Source: Nitratidesulfovibrio vulgaris str. Hildenborough (GTDB taxonomy: Bacteria > Desulfobacterota > Desulfovibrionia > Desulfovibrionales > Desulfovibrionaceae). From it: 32,000 bases of DNA. A model generated the notes under the pieces. That model searched no databases and was not told the DNA's origin. It saw only the letters and a program-made list of their open reading frames with translations. A program made the position numbers and the translations under genes. Below, piece after piece: positions 29,761 to 32,000 of the stretch (the stretch's first letter is position 1; each line of letters opens with the position of its first letter). The DNA lies in assembly GCF_000195755.1 (NCBI RefSeq), contig NC_005863.1:30001-62000 (forward strand), read 5' to 3'.

Positions 29761-31230
29761 ATGGGCACGTCCGGCTACTTCGCACGCAATTCCGTCATCC
29801 GCATCGTGTCGTTCGCGGTGGGGGTGGGGTTCGCCCTGTTCGTGACCCCGGTGGTGGTGGGCACGCTGGGCAAGACGAACTATGGCGTGTGGGTGCTGGT
29901 CAGTTCCGTGGCCTGCTACTTCCTGCTGCTCGAGGGCGGCGTGATGCAGGCCGTGTCGCGCCATGCGGCTGCGGCCCTTGCGCGTGACGACCGGCACGAG
30001 GTCGACCGGGTGTGCACGGCGGGCTTCGCCCTCCATGCGCTGTCGTGCTGTCTGGCCCTGTGCGTGACCGGGGGGCTTGCGCTGTTCGCCGGTGTCTTCG
30101 CCTCCGACCAGCTGCCCGTGGAGAGGCTGCGCCAGTGCCTTGTCATCTACAGCGTGTGCCTCTCGCTGTTCTTCCTGTTCAGGACGCACACCGGGCTGCT
30201 CATGGCCGAGATGCGCTGGACGCTCATCGCCGTGCTGGCCATGCTGCGCAGCGCGTTCACCAGCCTTGCGGTGCTGCTCATGATCACGCCGGAGAACGGC
30301 CTGTGGCTGCTGGCGGCGGTCAACGGCGGGGGCTTTCTGCTCGAAGGCGCGGCCTGCCTGCTCTTCGCACGGCGCAGCGGGAGGGGGCGCGTGCGTGTGG
30401 CACTCTTCGACGCCGCCCTCGCGCGTGAGCTTCTCGGCTACGGCTGGGCCTTCACCGTGACGCAACTGGGCGAGTCGATGCGCTACCGGTCGCAGAACTA
30501 CATCATCGCGCTGTTCTCGGGCGTGCGCGAGGTGGCCGTGTTCTCCATCGCCATGCAGTTCATCGGCTACTTCCTGAGCCTCATGCAGAGCGCCTTCGGC
30601 ATCATGGTGCCGTACTTCAGCCGGATGCAGGCCCGCGGCGACCGGGACGACACCGCGGGTTCGCTGCTCTTCGCCCTGCGGCTGAGCTATGTGACGGCCT
30701 CGTTCATCGGGCTGTGCCTCATCTTCTACGGGCAGGAGTTCATCGTGCTGTGGCTCGGCCCCGGATTCGCCGAAGCCCACGACGCCCTCGTGCCGCTGAC
30801 CCTCGGGGCCGTGTTCTCGCTGGGGATGCTGCCCGCAGACGGCTACCTGCTGGGGACGGCCCGTCACCGGATGCTGGCCCGCTGCGCCATGGCGGAGGGC
30901 GTCAGCATCGTACTGCTCTCGCTGGCGCTGGCGGGGCCCTTCGGCATGGAGGGCGTGGCATGGGCCTATTGCGGCGTGGCCCTCGTCTTTCGCGCCGGGG
31001 TGGTGCCGTGGTTCGTCTTCACGCAGGCGGGGCTTCCCCTTCTGGCCTACGCGCGCCTGCTGGCGGAGGTGGCGGTCACGCATGTGGCCCCGCAGGTGCT
31101 CCTGTACCTGATCATGCGGGGAACGCTCGGTACGGGCTACCTGCAACTGGCCCTTCTTGCGGGAATGCAGGGCGTGCTTGCCGTGGGCATCCAGTCATCC
31201 CTCCTGCGGTTCACGCGGGGTGCGGCCTGA
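29761..31230 (+). CDS. polysaccharide flippase (Wzx-like, MOP superfamily)
   Basis: ATG 29761 lies 3 nt after the upstream stop. About 489 aa, hydrophobic throughout (at least 10 predicted TM segments by eye). The N-terminus ARNSVIRIVSFAVGVGFALFVTPVVVGTLGKTNYGVWVLVSS is typical of Wzx/PST proteins. Confidence 0.8.
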   Translation: MGTSGYFARNSVIRIVSFAVGVGFALFVTPVVVGTLGKTNYGVWVLVSSVACYFLLLEGGVMQAVSRHAAAALARDDRHEVDRVCTAGFALHALSCCLALCVTGGLALFAGVFASDQLPVERLRQCLVIYSVCLSLFFLFRTHTGLLMAEMRWTLIAVLAMLRSAFTSLAVLLMITPENGLWLLAAVNGGGFLLEGAACLLFARRSGRGRVRVALFDAALARELLGYGWAFTVTQLGESMRYRSQNYIIALFSGVREVAVFSIAMQFIGYFLSLMQSAFGIMVPYFSRMQARGDRDDTAGSLLFALRLSYVTASFIGLCLIFYGQEFIVLWLGPGFAEAHDALVPLTLGAVFSLGMLPADGYLLGTARHRMLARCAMAEGVSIVLLSLALAGPFGMEGVAWAYCGVALVFRAGVVPWFVFTQAGLPLLAYARLLAEVAVTHVAPQVLLYLIMRGTLGTGYLQLALLAGMQGVLAVGIQSSLLRFTRGAA

Positions 31231-31251
31231 GGCCGCAAAGGAGACGTGACC

Positions 31252-32000
31252 ATGCTCGAAGGCCGCGACTTCATCGTGTTCTCCGACGACTGGGGGCGGC
31301 ACCCCTTCAGTTGCCAGCACATCATGCAGCACTTCATGCCCGGCAACCGGGTGCTGTGGGTGAACACCATCGGCATGAGGCTGCCGCGCCTTTCGCTGTA
31401 CGACATGCGCCGCGCGGCGGAGAAGCTGCGCTCGTGGGTCTTCCCCGTCCGTCAGGACGGTGCCGCGGCATCGCCCGACGGGTTGGGCGATGCCGTACCG
31501 GAAGGGCTGCGCGTCATCTCTCCGGTCATGGTCCCCTTCGCGCCCCTGCCCCCCGTGCGGGCCTTCAACCGGCGCAGCGTGGTGGACGCGGTGACGCGCA
31601 ACGCCCGCGAGATGGGCTTTCGCGACCCCGTGCTGCTGGCGACCGTGCCCAACGCGGCAGACTACGTGGGGCACTGCGGCGAATCGCTGGTGGTCTACTA
31701 CTGCGTGGACGAGTTCACCGTGTGGCCGGGCATGAACCTGCCCGACATGGTGCGCGACCTCGAAGCCGACCTCATGCGTTCCGCCGACCTCGTGGTCGCC
31801 GTGTCGGACGCCCTCGTCCGTGCCAAGGGCAACGGGCGCACCCCCACGCGCCTGCTGACCCACGGGGTGGACGTGGGACACTTCGCAAGGGCCGCCGCAC
31901 CGCAGCCACTGCCGGAAGCACTCTCCGACCTCCGTGGCCCGGTGGTGGGGTTCTTCGGCCTCATCGACAGTCATCTCGACGTGGACATCGTGGAACACAT
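31252..32000 (+). CDS. glycosyltransferase (GT-B, group 1/GT4-like), N-terminal part only; continues beyond the window
   Basis: ATG 31252 follows AAGGAG. The frame is open to nt 32000, so it is not in the ORF track. MLEGRDFIVFSDDWGRHPFSCQHIMQHF...VVYYCVDEF...GFFGLID resembles N-terminal halves of EPS-locus GT-B enzymes. Family call from memory. Confidence 0.65.
   Translation, partial: MLEGRDFIVFSDDWGRHPFSCQHIMQHFMPGNRVLWVNTIGMRLPRLSLYDMRRAAEKLRSWVFPVRQDGAAASPDGLGDAVPEGLRVISPVMVPFAPLPPVRAFNRRSVVDAVTRNAREMGFRDPVLLATVPNAADYVGHCGESLVVYYCVDEFTVWPGMNLPDMVRDLEADLMRSADLVVAVSDALVRAKGNGRTPTRLLTHGVDVGHFARAAAPQPLPEALSDLRGPVVGFFGLIDSHLDVDIVEH

Overview
GC-rich bacterial chromosomal segment (roughly two-thirds G+C by eye, Desulfovibrio-like codon bias). 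No searches were run; all family names and accessions are from memory. Part (i), nt 1-11.3 kb, is a loosely packed regulatory/cargo island. It holds a sigma-54 enhancer-binding response regulator (frame broken, atypical receiver), three single-domain PilZ (c-di-GMP receptor) genes and three PEP-CTERM sorting-signal proteins (one DNRLRE-like, two tandem paralogs). It also holds a 989-aa three-domain enzyme: FeeM-like N-acyltransferase + ThiF/E1-like + tandem nitroreductase-like. Five -24/-12 sigma-54 promoters with exact spacing and a recurring 17-bp quasi-palindrome (TGTnnn-N5-CCGACA) tie these genes together. Three unusually long non-coding spacers lie in this part, one carrying a ~109-bp tandem repeat. 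Part (ii), nt 11.3-32 kb, is one long plus-strand operon with overlapping stop/start codons. It matches the canonical PEP-CTERM/exosortase (XrtA/EpsH-type) exopolysaccharide locus: PrsT TPR lipoprotein, priming sugar transferase, Wza-like exporter, chain-length determinant, BY-kinase, ExeA-like ATPase, OM beta-barrel, polysaccharide deacetylase and FemAB-like protein. These are followed by a DegT aminotransferase, GT2, sugar-transfer ATP-grasp, O-antigen-ligase-like protein, flippase and a truncated glycosyltransferase. I saw no exosortase gene, rRNA, tRNA, CRISPR array or mobile element in the window.
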